Positions 38,339-51,900 of a stretch of 64,000 nt of DNA are shown here, piece by piece. Location: contig NC_068987.1 of assembly GCF_001194135.2 (NCBI RefSeq), positions 99,048,543 to 99,112,542 of the forward strand, read 5' to 3'. Under the pieces are notes generated by a model, which was given only the letters and a program-made list of their open reading frames with translations, was not told where the DNA came from and ran no database searches. A program made the translations under genes and the position numbers. Each line of letters opens with the position of its first letter. Within the stretch, counting starts at the first letter, position 1. The DNA is from Octopus bimaculoides. Its lineage: Eukaryota.

Positions 38339-41300
38339 GGAGAGAATTTATTTTTTGAAAAGAAAAAAGATTAAAAAGTATATATATTGACACACATACT
38401 CCAATACATATAAATACACACGCACAAACAGACGCATATGCACACACGCACTCACACGCCAACAAGCACGCACACATACCCTGAAAGCACAAATGAACTA
38501 GATTTTTAAGTATAAGGAGCCATTCATGCAGAGAAGAATTTAGACCTGTAAATACAAATCGTTAACGTCAATTCCGTATAAACGAGTAGCTAGATCTTTA
38601 AGTTACTTAGAAATAAATACAAAGTTACCCACTTATTTTATAGGCCCGAGAACTTACTCTGATAATACAGATATGTGGAGGAAAGTTGATCTGATATTCA
38701 ATTAGTAGAGTTAATTTCCTACAGAGATTCATAATATTGATAAACTGATAAGTGATACAAACAATTATTCATGTGCTTGTGGCCCGTATATTATGTAATT
38801 CTCTCGTATTTGAAGAGCTGGATCAAACCCTAAAATCTATTCATGCCCATAATCTAGTTATTGAGTTAATTGAATGAGAACAGGTATTATATGTAATCTG
38901 TTATTATTTAGGATAATGATTAATATAGGAACGAAGGTTATTAAACTTATAAATGTAAGATCTTTAAATTAATACCATTGATCGGAACTAACTAAATACC
39001 GTATTAATTTATCTTAACTAGTTTCTACGTTGACAGACAATTGTTATCTTCTATATTGACGCTGATATATACATTAAACCGAAATAATATTTCTGTCTCC
39101 TTTACTATTACTTCAGAAATACGACTTATACCGAGTTCTTACATAAGCTGAAGGTTCCTTCCACATAATTGGTGTGTGAAGAAGTCAATCACACTGCCTT
39201 ACTACTACAGAATTATGAAAGACGACTCAGACCGCAGTGGGATTTCAAGTCAAAGTTAAATTTACGATGTTTGACATAAATTATCTGAAATCTTTACATT
39301 CCATGCTAGTTACTCGTTTCCAATTGCAACCTTGTGACGGAGCTTGATGGAAATTACAAACAATTTTTCCACAAACCACAACCCTGACTCTTCAAAATGA
39401 AACGATATATTGAGGGATGTTTTGTTTTCTCGCTAAAGCATACCAGAAAAGTTAAAATAGAAAACAATTGAACTTGGTTATGATATCTTTGAAAATTGTT
39501 TAGCTGCAGTCGCTTTAGCATTGCATTTAAGAACAACAACAAAACAATAAAATAACGACAAAGCAACAACCAAAAAACAAAACAGCAATAATAACGAATA
39601 TAATTCTATATCGCCGCTACATCTCAGGATTAAAAGAAAAGAAGTACTAGTTTTGTGAAGATTTAATCTGTGGCGGCTTTCTAGGAATACTCAGTAATCG
39701 GCAATTTGCATTTCCCTATCATCCACTATATGTTGCTAGCTCCATATTCATCAATTATCCTTTTAGGTAGAATCTCCTCATATGTAGCACGCATTCCCAT
39801 GCCCAATCAATATTTTCGCCTCATTTTCACAGAGGGAGCTTTATTTCGCGCGCTGATTCATTCCGTTTAAATTGTTGTCCCTGCCGCACTCCCAGCTATA
39901 TCAACCTTCAACATCTGATGGATAACCTCTCTAAAGGTATGCCGCTCTTTTGTGAAAAGTAACGCTCACCAAATATTAGTATCATTGCAATATATACAAA
40001 GGTTTATTGAACCCAATTAACGGAATGTAATTAGCATTAGTGTAAATTATCATGGATGGGTCAAGGGAGATAATTCCTTACATTACATTCAACGAAAACT
40101 TTAATGGGCATATGTAGTGGTGAGTCGTAGTTTTTCTCAGCGAAACCAACAAAATAACTAATTGATATAGTATTATTATATTCAAATCACTTATGAAGTA
40201 GGTTAAAATACTGACATTGATCTGTTTCCCAAGGGACGTTTTTGCATGGAGAACATTCAGTTCCCTGTACACACTGGGAATTAAATTTTAAAAAAAGAGG
40301 GCACCCCTCTTTTTTCTCAGGGATAATTCGTAAAGCGCTAGTAGAGACAAAGACACTGGGGACGGCTTCTGTATTACTAAAATATAAATGTTTAAAATTC
40401 AGGCAATTTTTGATCAAGTCAAGATCATGGTGTTTTACATCGGCTTCTATTCTACTGCCTGTGGTGGGCTAATTTGTCTTCTGTATCTCTCCGGGATGAA
40501 ACTCTGATCAAGGTAACTCCTCCTATAACAAGTTACCCGGAACTATATATCAATTTCGATATCAGAAAATGTTTCCTAATATCCCTACGTTCATCCCTAA
40601 GGTTGGGAGCAATTATTTATCCACACGCATTCTAAACATATTATCTCAAATCTGTACTGTTTTGATCAGAGACGTAGAAGCATTCTCGAACGGTGACATG
40701 TGAACCTCGTCATTTTCATTTCCACAAGCACATGTCTGCGTCACTGCGCTTCTTGCTAACACCGATGTACACAAATCCCTTTAGACTTAAAACTCAAGCG
40801 ACAACAATCCTTACTTTTGTAACCAACGTTCATCACCACAATCACCGATGTTTTTTCCAGACGATTTTAACTTCATTAAGTCTCAAATGCTACACCACAA
40901 CGACTATATTTTACCGCTTGACGTGAAAACACCTGAATTCCAAGTGTTTATTGCCTATCAACAAAGGATTAATGAAACTAAATTAATACTAAACAACACC
41001 TGAGTCAACGCTACTGTTACCAAAATATTTCCGAAGAGGTCAAAAGTTGCCATTCAATTACATTGTCTTCCGTTCGTCAGTAACAATTTTAAACAAGAAT
41101 CCAACTGTTGTACTGTGAGTTCTGAACAGCTGAAAAGCATTGGATTTTAAGAGCTTGTTAGTGGCACCCAGCTTCCACCAAACAGGACCAGCGCAGAGAC
41201 ATGTGCTTTCCTGTCGCCCTCCATATATAGAATCATTTCCCCATCACGCTACGCAATAGCGATAAGCAAGTTCACTTTATTTTAGAACGTCAAAACATCG

Positions 41301-41995
41301 ATTTACTTTAATACCCGTATTTCACCGGCAATCGCTTATTTTTACATGTTTAAGATGGTTAATAATCGCATCAATCTCCCCGTTATTGGATATGCATATC
41401 TGCTCTTTCTTTCTTATCAAATTTGAGTGCGCACAAAATTTAAACAACCGGTTTAATTCCTTCTTGACCGTTATAGATTACAGAAATAAAATATATGCTA
41501 TATAGATTCCTGATACAATAGTATAGAATGTAAACACACGCGATATCAACATTCTTCCCGAAAACAACCATTGGGTTACTGCATTACTCGAATATATGAA
41601 AAAGATTGCAGGACACGTAAGACTGGATTTACATGCAAATTATGACAGCAACTTTTTCTCGGACATACCACTTTTATACGACTTTTAGTCTCCACAACTA
41701 CTAATCAAGGGTGATTTATTTTATAAGCCTAAGCAACACACACATACTCACAAGCACACACACACAAACACACACACACACGCACGCACACACACACACA
41801 CACACACACAACGCACATACGCATGTACGCTCGCATAGCACACAAGCAAGCACACACCCATATATTGATTTATAGACGTGTATATACATACGTATATACA
41901 TACATACATTCTCACAACGCATAAATACACACGCACACACACACACACCCACAAACATATATATATATGCCCACGTATCACATATACATATATAT

Positions 41996-42058
41996 AGACA
42001 CATGTAGATATACACATGTAGATATACACATGTAGATATACACATGTAGATATACACA
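41996..42058. repeat. 14-bp tandem repeat (catgtagatataca) x about 4
   Basis: Directly visible. Confidence 0.9.
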
Positions 42059-43207
42059 AATATATACGCGTGTCGATTTCTGCAAGCGTGTCTGGGTGTG
42101 CATGTGTGTGTGTGTGGGGGGGGATGTCATGCCAATTATGCATTGTTTACATAGATTACATAACAGGAATTAATCGTACAGTGTTTGAATTTATATAACT
42201 CACAAATCTCACAAGTCTATAAATGCATGAATGCAAGTTTGGATAAATTAGTAGCCATTTCAATACTTCTTACAGAACATAAGAGGGGGGAATTCTTAGA
42301 GGTCGTTAAAATGGCTAAAATGAACGTCTACATTTCCTTCAAATCGCAAAATCCTATCGTCTTAACGATCCTCAGTGATCACATTAGATAATGTAAAATC
42401 TCCAGATGACGAGGCTGAATGCTCTTTATCATAAATCTGTTAAAATATGTCTCATTTGGAATCAAAAAAATTTGCGACAAGTTTTCTACTGTAGATGTGT
42501 GAAAGCTTTTGGATTTGACTGTTAGGTTGCAGCAAAATGTAGCTCTTGGAGGAGAAATTAAAAGGATAAAAAGGGTAACGATTTTATTAACAATATGAAT
42601 GCTAAGCATATGAGGTGTGTCAGAGTTTGTACTCAGAGATATTAGGGAAAGACCCATTCACATGTTTTACAGATCATTTCTTTTATTATTGTCTGGTTAT
42701 AGTTCGTATGATATCACTAATTATCTAAGGTATGATACACTAATATAACAGTGGATTTCGCTAGCAATTTAATAGTCATTAAGTCTTGGGAAGAAATGTG
42801 CGTTGTACCGTTCATAATTTTTATGATTCTAGGAAGCTTAACATAACTGAAGATAATCGATTCCGATAGGGAATCAAAACCTGAGAGCAGTGAAGGACTT
42901 ACTACGCAGCATTATACGAACTATATTTTATTTCTGCTATTTCCGTGCCACAGTGATTAACATTGACACGCTGGATTTAAATAGAGAACATATAAACGTA
43001 AACACTCTACTTCAGGATAAATGTAAAGTTAGCAGAGTTTTAAATGTACCCGAAGGAATTTAGAATAGGAAACTAAAGTACCTTGGATATGGCCACATCA
43101 TTAACTATTACACTCAATAACTGCCATTTCTGCGTACTAAAGGATTAATTTGTTTTAGAATCACATAACTAAAATGATTTCTACTAAAATGTTTATAATA
43201 TCTCGTT

Positions 43208-43223
43208 AATAATAATAATAATG

Positions 43224-43314
<91 letters not shown>

Positions 43315-43338
43315 TGATGATGATGATAATAATAATAT
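43208..43338. repeat. (TAA)n(TGA)n microsatellite
   Basis: Directly visible. Confidence 0.97.
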
Positions 43339-43939
43339 TTAAATACTTCACTACATCACGTCTTCTTTTTTTCTTCTTGTTATTGTTTCGTGTAGCACTA
43401 TACTACATACGGTCATTCGTTCGAGGCAAAGATGCTATATGGAGCTATGCAGATATTATGCAGTTCAATTCACAAAGATTTACAATACGTGCCGAAAACC
43501 TCGAAAATATAATTTATCATTACAGAAAACGATTCTCGTGAATAAAGTTCATCATATATTACTTAAAATAAAACATAGCAAAATTATTTACTTATATCAT
43601 ATTAGTGGAAGTGTGAATAATGTCTAATTTCGGAAATGAAATATGCGTTTTTTCTTTTTGTTTTCTTTTTAACCAATCCAATACTACACGCCAGAAATTA
43701 CTCATTGTATGGTTCTTCAAACTTAAAGGATGAGAAACTGTTTCTTTCCGAATCACCACCTTTTTGCAAAATCAAATACGTATTCCGTAATGTATTTATG
43801 TAAGCATGACACTGTACCATATCCATATCTTGGCACATATACTCAGTGCCCTAAGGAGAATTTTGTCATCACCACGTCGATTTAATCGTTTCCCACCTCT
43901 ACTCGGCCTCGTGCTACGTCTCCGACCGCATGCATTTGG

Positions 43940-44600
43940 CTTTCATGCTAAGATATGAATGTCCAGGTCTGCCTTCATAGTTTGCAGCTGGTCTGTTTTT
44001 TTTTTATAAGTGACGAGTACAAGATCATGCGGGAATGGATGTGGTTAGTTGCTCACCATTGATGTTCACCTTTTCTGTCCAGGCAAAATCTCTGATGGCC
44101 ATTTCTAGACATGCAGTAATGAGATTTGGTGAGATGATATCTCCTGGCTTGGAAATTTTACTGATTGTGAAAATAGAAGTATATTCGTTGTACATCCAGA
44201 GTTCGCATCTCAACATTTTAATGTATTGCGCCTCGACACACGCATTTCCAAGCCTGTCAACGCTACGTTCATTTACACAGTGTAAGCTTATATTCATACT
44301 CTCGCTTTAGGAGCGTTGTGAGAGGGGATATCTGGTCTATCGTAATGCAGTTCGTACATGAACCTAATTTCTGTCAAAGCTATTGTTTATCGAGGTGTTT
44401 CCATAGTCTGGTGATAACGGACTTTGTAAAGAGCTAATAGATAGATGTAAGGCAAGAGGCATAAGAGGCAATAGTCTTTTAATATTCTTTATCACCCTTC
44501 TCTTGAAGCAAGATGGTTTGTGATGATCCAGACGAAGCTCCTTAGAGTTATGGCATCTCAACAGAGATGTTAAGATGTGGCGGTGAAGAACAAACCTGGG
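43940..44600 (-). mobile_element. RTE-clade LINE reverse transcriptase fragment
   Basis: LKDYxxLCLLP; RLWKHLDKQ..TIDQI..EYKLTLC; PGDIISPNLITACLE..NINGEQLT then degenerate ADDLVL. Confidence 0.85.
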
Positions 44601-46119
44601 TAATACAATTTCATAACTCTGCTCGATTATTTGTAACTAGAAAGTAAATCCACCGTATAGGATACCCATTTTACATTCAACTCTAGAATACCAGGGATTT
44701 CTAGGCTAAAATTTAGTATTTGTAAAAGGGTTTATTAAGGGAAATATTCTGTTAAACTTCTGAAGATTAAGTGCTAATGGGCAACATGTGCATAGAATAT
44801 AGTTTTAGGTTTTTGACTTTCTGAGTTCACTAATGCATCTAGGTGTAATGCATTAGGTGAAGAAAATAATGAATCATTTACGGGTAAATGAGAGATGAAG
44901 AAAAATCAAGGAGACAGATAAGGGTTTTAAACTGAAGCCGGCATTAAAGCAGAAATCACTAAAGAACAATCATCGCTGTATAACGGCAGACAAGATGGCT
45001 CCATGTCACATGTTAATCATGTGCAAGAGATTATGTATGTTGAAGTGTAATAAAGGTTCTTTTTATCAAATATATGAATTATAAACCGGTCCTACAGAAT
45101 AGGAACAGATATATAACAACAGTACGAAATATCTGGGAGAAGTACTATTAGAATCTAAGAGATATAAATTCAACAGCTGTTTGAATCTAAAGAGATTCAA
45201 GCCTTTGGAAACAAAAACCAAAGTGGGCCCAGAATTTTCTTCTGTTCGAAAAATGATTAACTATCCAAAACTAAATAATAAACTAGCATCATGTCAATTC
45301 ACTCTACAAATCTTTATAATAAAACTGGCATTGTATCAAGAAACTTAACCATGTATGTTTTTATTTTTTTAATTTCATATCCAGCGGCGCCAGAAAGTAT
45401 TCTCCGTTCTAGAAAGCGTAAATTCAATAAAGAGGTAAATAAATACCAAAGAGAAACAGAAAAAAAAAATGATTGAATATTGTATCCTAACAAACATGAA
45501 AAAGACGTTTATACTGAAAAAAATCTATGAGAGTTGTAATCGATAAGATTTTAAGCCAATGACTAGTTGGATAAAATTCAAACTGGGCATATGTATGTAT
45601 GTATTTATCAATATACGTTTGTAATGTATACGATGCAAGTATGCATTATAAATGTATATATGCATGTATATATACACATTCATCTTCATACGTATATATA
45701 TAAATGTTTATATATATATATATGTTCACACAAACGCACACATACAGAAACATACAACCAGATTCATTAGCTCAAATGCTCCGGAAATAATGTAGGACTA
45801 TATGCGTGCCCATGTATGAGTATGACTCTGAATGTACACATGAGCGTGTATGTATGCCTGCACACGTGTGTATGAATACTTGTGTGCGTGCCTGCCTGTG
45901 TGCCTACACAGGTTCACAGACAACTACAAACATACATGCGTACTTATTACATAAAATACATATACACAAAAATAGACTTCACACATTTATAAACACCCAA
46001 TTTCAAACACACAGACAAATACAGAAGTATACAGATATGCCGGTATATGTCCTCTTGTGTAATATTATACATATATACATACATAGATTCACAAATTTCT
46101 GTAAGTATATATACATACA

Positions 46120-46150
<31 letters not shown>

Positions 46151-46404
46151 TTCCCTTTGTTTAACGGTCATTTTAATAGCATTTTTTCGATGGCCACATA
46201 ACTGAAGAGATGGTGGCGTGGGTTTCCTGCCCGACATCTGAAACTCGGAGTTTTATCATGGTTACCGAATAATTATCACGTATTGTTTACATATATANNN
46301 NNNNNNNNNNNNNNNNNNNNNNNNNNNNNNNNNNNNNNNNNNNNNNNNNNNNNNNNNNNNNNNNNNNNNNNNNNNNNNNNNNNNNNNNNNNNNNNNNNNN
46401 NNNN

Positions 46405-46448
<44 letters not shown>

Positions 46449-46470
46449 GGTGTGTGTATGTGTGTGTGTA

Positions 46471-46503
<33 letters not shown>

Positions 46504-46733
46504 GTGTATGTTTGTGTGTGTAAGTGTGTGTATGTGCGTGTGTATATATATTAGGTGCTGTCTCGTATACATGCGAAGCCATTGTTGGGGATACTCAATG
46601 AAATGAGTATTTATTGATGCTACATGACGTCCTTGTATGATTCTTCATTCCGGACAAAGATCTGCACATTACATTGCATAATGCACAGCTGTGTTGACTC
46701 GTAGAATGAATAAGTGCAACAGTATGAACTCTG

Positions 46734-46792
<59 letters not shown>

Positions 46793-46939
46793 GTGTNNNN
46801 NNNNNNATATATATATATATATATATATATACATAAATGCGTATGTGTGCATATTAATATACATTTTATGTATATGTATTTGCATGCGCATTTGTTCGCA
46901 AAACCACGGGAACATGTGTGCGCATATATGTCTATATGA

Positions 46940-47357
46940 TATATATATTTCATATTTTAATTGTTTCAGTCATTAGATTCAGGTCATGCAGGCTTTGCAC
47001 CTTGAAGTGTTTCTACTCGAATGAATAGATACCAGCACATTTTAAAAAAGTTCGTTAGTTATTCTATCGCTGTTTCTTCCGGATACGCTAAGTTACGTGG
47101 ACGTAGCACACCAACACTAGTTGCTAATCGGTGGTGAGAGACAAAGAGAGAATCAAAGAATCCCACTCACACATATATAAAATTATATACATATATACGA
47201 CGGGTTTCTTTCATTTTCCATGTAATAAGTCCACTCAAAATGAAGTGGTAGGCTTGAGGATATAGTAGAAGACAACTTCTCAAAGGGCCAAGCTGTGGGA
47301 CTGGACCCAGAACCATGTGTCTGGGATGCAAGCTTCTTACCACAGAGCTATAACCTC
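46940..47357 (-). mobile_element. SINE family B, full-length but diverged
   Basis: gtttcagtcat tail, gctaagttacgtggacgt, tatagtagaagaca, agaaccatgtg..caagcttcttaccacag head. Confidence 0.8.
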
Positions 47358-47449
47358 TACATAAATACACACATACACAAACACTAAGTTATCACCGTAA
47401 TGTTCCCAGCGCATTTGAGTTCGGGTCTTCACTGGTCACTTGCCTACTG

Positions 47450-48723
47450 CGCATCGATGATAAACGGATTGTTCACACAGTATTTGTTCCTTCTAGTCAA
47501 ATTGTTAACCAAACATTCTACTTGGCAGTTCTGAAGCGTTTCCGAGACACGTCAAAATGAAAACGTCCGAATGAGTGGAAATGTGGACGGTGGTACTTTC
47601 ACCACCTTCGCTCACCACCTTGAGTGTGACAGTTTTTAGACAAAAATGGCATGACTCCGTTTACCCACAGCTCCTATTCATCCGACCTTGCTCCTTGCTT
47701 CTCCCCAATTCATCGATATTTGTCGATGGCTGAAACGAAGGAACAGCGTGCTTCCGTAAAATTCCTTTTTTCTGCTGATGAAAAACGGCCGTCGAAAGAG
47801 TTGACATTCTTCGACAGCTTACAAGGACGCTACCATGAGAAAAACAAGTTTACGTGTGTTTTTTGCACTTTAGGGAATGGTCACTTGTCATTTGAAGACC
47901 AACGTCATTCAAGCGATCGTCGACTCCACGAACAAATGAAAACAACACGAAAATGTTTGAGCTGATCTTGGAGAACAGTTAACTAATTGTTGTTATGACT
48001 GGTGTATGCTGGAACTCTTCCCAACGAAGTTTGAGTGAGGGATTGCGAATAAAAAGTTTTGCAGCAAAATTTGTGCCTCACTTTCTAACGGAAGATCAAA
48101 AGCAGTCACGGCTGAATGTGTATCGCCAGCTGTAAGATCAGTTGGAAGTTGATCCGAACCTTTAAGTGGTGATTACTGCTTAAATCGTTAATAATTCTGA
48201 CAACGATGAGGAAACAAAACAGCAATCAAGTTAATGGAAGCATTCACTTACACCACGCCTCCCCACAAAAGCGCGTCATGTGAAGTCCAATATCAGGATG
48301 ACGATGACTTGTTTCATCGATGCAAAAGGAATTGTCCACAAAGAATTATTTCCTCCGGGTCAAACTGCTAACCAAACATTTTACTTCGCAGTTCTGAAGC
48401 GTTCGTGGGACGCGGAGAGACGAAAATGCCCCGACCAGTGGAAACGTGTAGAGTGCTGGTTCCATCATAATAATGCGCCTGCGCACACCGCCCAAAGTAT
48501 GAGAGGGCTTTTGCAAATGTGGAAGAAATGAAGAAAAAAAATCGACGGTGGTGATAAAATGCATTATTTTCGAAGACTTCCAGGACTGCTTCGAATCGTG
48601 GAAAACGTGTATCGACCGATGCATTTCTTGAGAATACTTAGAAGTCGATAAAAGCGTAACCCTATAAAAGAAAGTGAATGAAATGATATTGCAAAATTCG
48701 TGTTTCTTTTGGATACATCCTCA
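47450..48723 (+). mobile_element. Mariner (DD34D, irritans/Bytmar-like) relic with duplicated catalytic segment
   Basis: 47450-47700 catalytic piece (IVHTVFVP..VNQTFYLAVLKR..YSSDLAPC); from 47727 MAETKEQRASVKF; KFVPHFLTEDQK; 48280 KSNIRMTMTCFIDAKGIVH..HHNNAPAHT; 3' TIR-like cttttggatacatcctca|TA. Confidence 0.9.
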
Positions 48724-48867
48724 TATATATTAAATATCATTTTATAGATAAATCGTGGCAGATGAGATTCGTCTGTCAAAGGCGCCGAAACCCCCATATC
48801 ACGTGATCTCATTCTATTGGAAATCATGTTTACGATGAATCCGCTCACTGCATATCAGTCAAATCTC

Positions 48868-49150
48868 GCTGCTACGATATATAGAATATCAGAATCTTTC
48901 CAGCATGGATGTCACTAATAGCTAGCAGGCTTATTAAAAATTAATTATTTGAGGTGGAAGCAGTATTAATATCAAAAGTCTAATAATGCAGAGTTCGTTG
49001 TTCTAACAAGACGTACTTTTAAGTTGGATATAAAGATTACCTTTTGGTAAATTATTACTGCTTCAATCGTTAATAATTTTTAATAAGCCTGCGGGCTATT
49101 TGCTACAAGAATGTCAGAAAAGATATTGATATTCTATATAGTGTAGGAGC
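48868..49150. repeat. Long imperfect inverted repeat (about 115-bp arms, about 50-bp spacer), foldback/MITE-like
   Basis: Perfect 19-bp (48925-48943 / 49074-49092) and 14-bp (48878-48891 / 49127-49140) complementary blocks plus 13/14 block (48957-48970 / 49051-49064). Confidence 0.85.
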
Positions 49151-49372
49151 TAGTTTTCGCTTGTAGAGGTAACAGGACGCCTCCCACTGAGGATTTCTAG
49201 TGGAATGAACTCAAGTGATAGAAGCGTTCTGGCGCCTATGACAGATGATTCTGGGTTTCTCCAATCTATATACTATGTGTGTGCTTTTAGACCCCAAAGG
49301 CCTATACGAGGGCGTCTCTCAAGTCCAATAACGCAGTATTCGGTGTTCTATCCCGATACCCACTTTTAGCTA

Positions 49373-49412
<40 letters not shown>

Positions 49413-49472
49413 CACACAAACACACACTCATACATACATGTGTGTGTGTGTGTGCATGTATGTATGTGTATA

Positions 49473-49516
<44 letters not shown>

Positions 49517-50133
49517 ATTTAAAATGCAGAGATGCCTATAATAGGACATCTACTCGCTAGAAATAGCAGCAATAGACATAGGAACACGAACCATGCTGCT
49601 TATTGACTCGTGCTTCATATGTTGTCTGGTCATTTCTGCTGACGAAAGTCCGACCTTGTAAGATATNNNNNNNNNNNNNNNNNNNNNNNNNNNNNNNNNN
49701 NNNNNNNNNNNNNNNNNNNNNNNNNNNNNNNNNNNNNNNNNNNNNNNNNNNNNNNNNNNNNNNNNNNNNNNNNNNNNNNNNNNNNNNNNNNNNNNNNNNN
49801 NNNNNNNNNNNNNNNNNNNNNNNNNNNNNNNNNNNNNNNNNNNNNNNNNNNNNNNNNNNNNNNNNNNNNNNNNNNNNNNNNNNNNNNNNNNNNNNNNNNN
49901 NNNNNNNNNNNNNNNNNNNNNNNNNNNNNNNNNNNNNNNNNNNNNNNNNNNNNNNNNNNNNNNNNNNNNNNNNNNNNNNNNNNNNNNNNNNNNNNNNNNN
50001 NNNNNNNNNNNNNNNNNNNNNNNNNNNNNNNNNNNNNNNNNNNNNNNNNNNNNNNNNNNNNNNNNNNNNNNNNNNNNNNNNNNNNNNNNNNNNNNNNNNN
50101 NNNNNNNNNNNNNNNNNNNNNNNNNNNNNNNNN

Positions 50134-50164
<31 letters not shown>

Positions 50165-50539
50165 CAAATGCAGACCCACATATATATTTATATATACACA
50201 GTATATTTCTTTTGTTATTGGGGGTATCAACAAAATTTAGTCTTGTAACTGTGGAATATATATATTTAGTATATGCAATATTTAAATAAATGCTGCAATA
50301 GGTTTCATGCGTCGGATAATACAATGATCGGATGACCTGATAATGCATGCCATGTGTTATCGAGCAATCATTTGGTTTGAACATACAATATAGCTGCTAT
50401 TTGAGAAAAAATGAGAAAGCACAGAACGAATGAGGGTGAAAAAGTAGATGAAAATGGAGATCAGAAAAGAATGCAAGCAATTGGAAAAGTTTCTGCAGTA
50501 GAACTAGAAAATACCACCCTACCTACATTAAGCAGGTTG

Positions 50540-50768
50540 CACAACCTGTAACTTTCCCGTTGAATTAATTACAACAAACATTGTAATGGGTCAAAGGGAA
50601 ACAACTGTTAACATTCTGACGTCTGTCTTCTCGCTTTCACTTCTCTCGAAAATAACTGCAGCAACGTAAAATAAAGTGTCTTGCTCAAGGACTCGAGTTG
50701 TTCCCGGGAATCGAACTCACGACCTTGCGATCCTGAACCGAATGCCTTAAGAACAAAGCTACGCGCCT
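50540..50768 (-). mobile_element. tRNA-type SINE family D (CORE-like gtgtcttgctcaagga)
   Basis: aaagtgtcttgctcaagga..gggaatcgaactcacgacc..aagctacgcgcct; second copy at 54780-54903. Confidence 0.75.
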
Positions 50769-50915
50769 GCAGAATGAAAATACATACACATGAATATAAT
50801 ATTTATATAGTTGGTACCCGAGCAACGCCATGTGCCTGTGCCAGAATATACGCAAGCTCATATATTCATACACACATATACACATACACATAATTATGTA
50901 ATACACATACTTATG

Positions 50916-50957
<42 letters not shown>

Positions 50958-51552
50958 NNNNNNNNNNTGTGTATGCAAATATGCCAGTATTTAGGTTTAA
51001 ATTATGTTTAGAAATGTGTAGTCTATAATTTGTGAAGGAGAAGTATTCGGATGGAAGGACTGAGAATACGGAAGACTGACAAGAAATAAATTATGGCGTC
51101 ACTGAATACTTGGATCCTGAAAGCTGTCAACTTGAATAAAAGTTTCTGAGGATTAGTAATATAGACTCACACTCATACATCCGCATACAGTCATACGCAA
51201 ACAATACACAAACACACACATAAACACACACACTCACATCGATATTAAAGCTCACATATATGCATATATACATATAAGCGTATAAATATGTATATATGCA
51301 CTCATACTTAAACGCGTAACTATATATTAATTCAAAAGCATAATCTCAAGTTCGCAATCACATGAATGCGTATATACACGCACACTTAGGGTTTTACACG
51401 TACACACCGAAATACACTATATTCTGAATAAGCATTTTTTTGTGTTTGTATATATAAGTATCGCATTTCAAGACACATACCTAATGTGTCCCTTCGTATC
51501 ACATATGTAGAATGTGCTCACTTCTATGAAAACGATCGTATATGTGTGACAT

Positions 51553-51900
51553 TGTGGAGGCGCAATGGCCCAGTGCTTAGGGCAGCGGACTCACAGTCGT
51601 AGGATTGTAGTTTCGATTCTCAGACCGGGCGTTGTGAGTGTTTATTGAGCGAAAACACCTCATGTCCCACGTGGCTCCGGCAGGGGATGGTAGCGAACCA
51701 TGCTATATTCTTTCACCACAACTTCCTCTCACTCTTTCTTCCTGTTTCTGTTGTGCCTGTATTTCAAAGGCCACTCTGTATCACGCTCATTCTCCCCGAG
51801 AACTACGTTAAGGGTAAACGTGTCTAAATTTCACGACCAGGCTGTTCCGTTGATCGGACCAGCTGGAACCCTCGTCGTCGTAAGCCTTGGAGTGCCAATC
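51553..51900 (+). mobile_element. SINE family C, near full-length
   Basis: tgtggaggcgcaatggcccagtgcttagggcagcggac A-box-like, gtttcgattc B-box-like; ends ctcgtcgtcgtaagcc..ggagtgcca; matches 34350-34660. Confidence 0.85.

Noticed and set aside
40400-40500. Hydrophobic short frames near an AAG|gtaact donor
   Set aside because: Acceptor and donor frames are inconsistent (in-frame stop); no support
47775-47797. ctgatga..acggccgt..cgaaa hammerhead-like motif
   Set aside because: Lies in mariner coding sequence (decayed LGKTAAET) and the stem has no loop; coincidental
49638-49662. ctgacga followed by a weak stem
   Set aside because: No GAAA core and no viable stem II; adjacent gap prevents context
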